Source: Ramazzottius varieornatus
Taxonomy: Eukaryota > Animalia > Tardigrada
Reading direction: 5' to 3'
Assembly: GCA_001949185.1 (NCBI GenBank)
Contig: BDGG01000009.1
Coordinates: 795,624 to 859,623, forward strand
DNA length: 64,000 bases
Positions 60,704 to 64,000 of the stretch are shown here, piece by piece. Position numbers and translations under genes: made by a program. The notes under the pieces are model-generated. The model was not told the DNA's origin and made no database searches. It was given only the letters and a program-made list of their open reading frames with translations. Numbering within the stretch: position 1 is the stretch's first letter; every line of letters begins with the position of its first letter.

Positions 60704-63700
60704 ATGGTCCCAATGGAGCCTCGCTTCGGACAAGAAGAAGGCGACGGAAACGACGTATTTGGTTATGAAGATTGCCCCAGCGACTCGCGCATATCTTCCA
60801 GTTATTCCCTGCTATCATCCCCGACGCATCCAAATGTTTCGCCATCCCAGCTGATCCATGACCGTCATAAACCAGACCTTTTACAACGCGTGACAAGGGA
60901 AGCCAGCGATGCTAATTCGCCAAACGAAGTGGAGCAGAACGACGACTTGATTTCGTTAATTCGACAACTTGAATCGGAACGGTATGTGCCTCCAGTTCCC
61001 TTTCCGCGTAACTTCGTTACTGTTTTTTGCTCTCGATGGTATTCGGAAAACGCATCTTTGAGGGAGGTGTTCATGGAAGAGGGTTAAAACCATGGCTGGG
61101 ATATCTTTTCCGGTTGATTCTTTAATGATGACTAATTGACGATGGGGAAAGAAAACGATGCCTCTTTCCTCGCAAGCAACGTTATGTATCGGTTGCACGG
61201 TCCTTCCATGCCGGATCTTGCATGTTGATGGAGGTGACATAGCCTGGCCAAATGGTTTCTATTGATTTGTGCCGGAAGAGATAAGAGGAGCGCTAAAAAT
61301 TCATTATTGTCAAGTGGATTTATCCTGGCAGCTAGGGACCTTTTGACTTGCAAACTCATCGATCTAGCTTCCGTTCCATCGATCCCAGCCACTTATATTT
61401 CCCCTTCTCCCATCTTCCACACAGTTGACTAATCGAACCTAATGGAGTGAAGAAAATTACTAGCGCTTTTTGCACGTTATAAATAATGTATCCATTTCGT
61501 TGATTATAAAAAACCCAAAAGTTTAATAATGTTGTAGTGGTCTCATCCACAGCATACAGCAAGTTTTCTACGCTTGAAGGTGGAGATTGCGAAATATCAG
61601 AAACAAATCTCAGTAGGCGGGCTTTATCAGAATCTATCCCTAAGCTTGATTGGCCGTTTTCTTAATTAGAATTAATCCATTAGTTGTTCTTTTGCACTGG
61701 TGCGAGATTACGATAGTGGACATTAGGACCGCCCACTGTGTTGTGATCCAATATGAATGCATTAATTTTGAGTTACCCAAATTAGTTCTTTCCGGTGCTT
61801 GTGGGTGAATAGCCCTGAAGTGTCGCACTTATCCTGGATACCTCCACCTGAACTCGTTATTGATTTTTAATTTGAGCAATCTTGATCTGTGTCAGAGCCA
61901 ATTTTAGCCTGGGCTTGTTCTCATTTGCAGGTATGATTTGCTGCTGAGCGAGAGGGCCTACCAAAACAGAAGCAAGACCGACACTGGGGAAAACAGTCCA
62001 ACAAGTCTCCTTTCTCCAAGGTCCATAACGATCGCTGGATCGCGCGGTGCGTCTGGAGGAGGAGGAGGGGAAACCTCGAGTACAGCAAAGAATAAAAGAA
62101 GTGGAAAGTCTTCAGCGCGTCGCCTCAATCGAATCTGTCAAATTGACAGAGAAGTAAAACAGCTTTCGCACTTGTTGGAGATGCAAGAGGTTCGTCGAGT
62201 GATTTATGCTTTTTACAATGCTCGCTCTTGCTTGCTGCATTGGTCTTTGAACTTGGTATCTCACACAATCGAATTTGGTGTTTTTATAGCGTGAGAGGAA
62301 TAGAGCGATCATGGCGAAGATAACTTCGGGAACAACGACGACGGCAACCCCTTCGCAGCTCCCTGCTCAGAAATCCCACCCCGCTCATCACGATCTCGCA
62401 TTTCACAGCGCTCTTGATGTCCGCTCAGCGAACCAAGCTCAAAAAGTGTCCATTGGCCGACCAATGCTGCTTCTCCACAGACAGGTTTGTACAACCGGAA
62501 ATGAGTTTGCAGAACTTGGAAATCGTTTTTCCTGGTGGCGCACGCTTTCGGCTGATTACACCCGTAATGTGCGCCACCTGGGAAAACAACAGACCTTGAC
62601 CAGATTGTTTTCCAAGTGCGCACGACGTCAGCTAACTGCACCGTAAAAGTGCGCCAGTTTGAAAAGCAATTTTGTTGGGAAGTTTTTTTGCCGAATCAGA
62701 TCCTCAAATGGATTCTGGAAATATGTTTTGAACTGTGGATTAAGACTAGTGTGCTATTTCTTGTAGGACCAACTGCTGGCGACGTTGTCGTCGTTGTTCG
62801 AGGTGGACAAGCATCGAATGGTGCAGATCCTGTTGGATCACTGTTCGTCGCGCGAGCAGTGTTTCCTGCTATACCAGCAGAACATTTTCCCAGTTGTGAT
62901 ACGTCTAATCCACGATCCGTCGTGTGGAATTAGCGAAAGCCCGCGTGAGGTTCGTATGAAAGCGGGTCAAGTGCTCGATTTACTGGTGAACTGCCAAACG
63001 GAAGACAAACGCGGACGGCGTGAAAGAGCGGTGCTTGACTGGCTGCAAAAGATTCGCACCTATAACGATTTATTGATCAACTCTAACCACGATGTTTGCT
63101 CCACAGGTAAACACACTCGAAAGAGTATTACACTACAGCATACTGAGAATCTTGAAGAATCTGAATGCAGTTTTGTGGAAAAAAATCGAATAATTAACCG
63201 GTGAATTTTCAGTTTCGTAGTGAACGAAATTCGTAACTAATGAAGTGTGGTTAGATGGGTTCGTCAAAATTTAGAAAATCGAAAAATATGGTAAAACTTT
63301 AGAAACGACTTTTCCGGCAAATTTTTATTTTTGTGCTGTATTTTTCAGTACATTGGGAAACGGCAAAGATGGAGCTTTACAATGCCCTGCTGAGCTTGCG
63401 CAAGTTCTCATCGGGTGACGAGTATCGCCAGTGCATCTGCTTCCTGGGTGGCCTTCCGACAGTAGCCGAGCTCTTACAGTGCGATTTCCAGAAGTTTGGT
63501 GACAGTCCCGACACGGATCATTCGGAGATGCGGGTGTGTGCCTGCATGATCCTGACCAACCTGACGTTTGGTGATGGCGTCAACAAGGCTCTGCTCTGTT
63601 CCTCCCCGTCTTTTCTGCAATGTCTTACTAGTCTCCTTCGTGCCTCTAGCGAAGAACTGCGCTGGAATGTCGCAGCCGTGATACGCAACATCAGCTGGCG

Positions 63701-64000
63701 AGCTGACGTGGCCAGCAAGCACGCCTTACGCGAAGCCAAAGTACGTATGGATTTATGGACGCTCGGCAAACAAACTCGTCTAGAACGCTTTTCTGAGTGA
63801 CGCACTCTTTCATCTGATAACACAAACAACATGCGCCACTTCAACAAACGCTACCCGATTGGTTCCCTAAGTGGCGCATGTTATCTGTAATTTTGGCTGA
63901 AAGCTGCGCTACTCTGAAAGCTACTTTTGCCGAGCCCATAAATTATTTAGAGAAAATTTAAGACTTGAATTGAGTCGTTCTACCATGTCGAAATGTAAAT
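60704..64000 (+). CDS. APC: Adenomatous polyposis coli, N-terminal part with armadillo repeats (runs off window end)
   Basis: RRLNRICQIDRE; DKRGRRERAVLDWLQKIRTY; LGGLPTVAELLQ; MILTNLTFGDGVNKALLCS; VAAVIRNISWRADVASKHALRE. Confidence 0.95.
62509..62695. repeat. Fold-back element, 2 units, APC intron
   Basis: GGTGGCGCAC..GTGCGCCACC plus a second degenerate unit. Confidence 0.82.
63752..63940. repeat. Fold-back element, 2 units, APC intron
   Basis: TATGGACGCTCGGCAAACAAACTCG ... TTTGCCGAGCCCATA. Confidence 0.88.

Noticed and set aside
245-63940. Many ORF-track peptides sharing SSGAR/KWRT/QVAH/CAT/VRHL words, suggesting a protein family
   Set aside because: These are translations of the palindromic DNA repeat in all six frames, not conserved proteins.
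1-64000. tRNA, rRNA or snRNA genes and bacterial horizontally transferred genes
   Set aside because: No recognisable structures or conserved RNA sequences were seen by eye, and all identified conserved genes are intron-containing eukaryotic types.

Overview
Gene-dense animal genomic DNA with spliceosomal GT-AG introns, many only about 45-65 bp. The style is compatible with a compact invertebrate such as a tardigrade, but the taxon cannot be fixed from sequence alone. About 17 spliced genes can be reconstructed, in order: VPS39 (5' part), a CENP-K-like coiled-coil protein, a secreted Gly/Tyr-rich protein, DUS4L, ERCC5/XPG, SUN1-like, ZC3HC1/NIPA, SNRPD3, a class A neuropeptide GPCR, a USP31/43-like deubiquitinase, EMC4, MTHFR, SCO1, a secreted Tyr/Gly/Pro-rich protein, EFCAB5, a PH-like protein, a small VWC protein, and the 5' part of APC. 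The dominant unexplained feature is a very dense family of fold-back elements, about 47 clusters by eye (roughly one per 1.3 kb). Each is built from 1-3 units of CAAGTGGCGCAC-N25-GTGCGCCACTTG inside longer inverted ends (ATGGGAGCTCGGCAAAC...GTTTGCCGAGCTCCCAT). The half-sites and the ~25-nt spacing are conserved while the spacer sequence drifts. The elements sit mostly inside introns or downstream of genes and avoid the divergent promoters. Also present are an internally deleted pogo-like transposon with an HTH-psq remnant, other small inverted repeats, and a recurring TGTCA/TGACA plus CCGGAAGT promoter signature. Exon boundaries and repeat coordinates were read by eye and are approximate.
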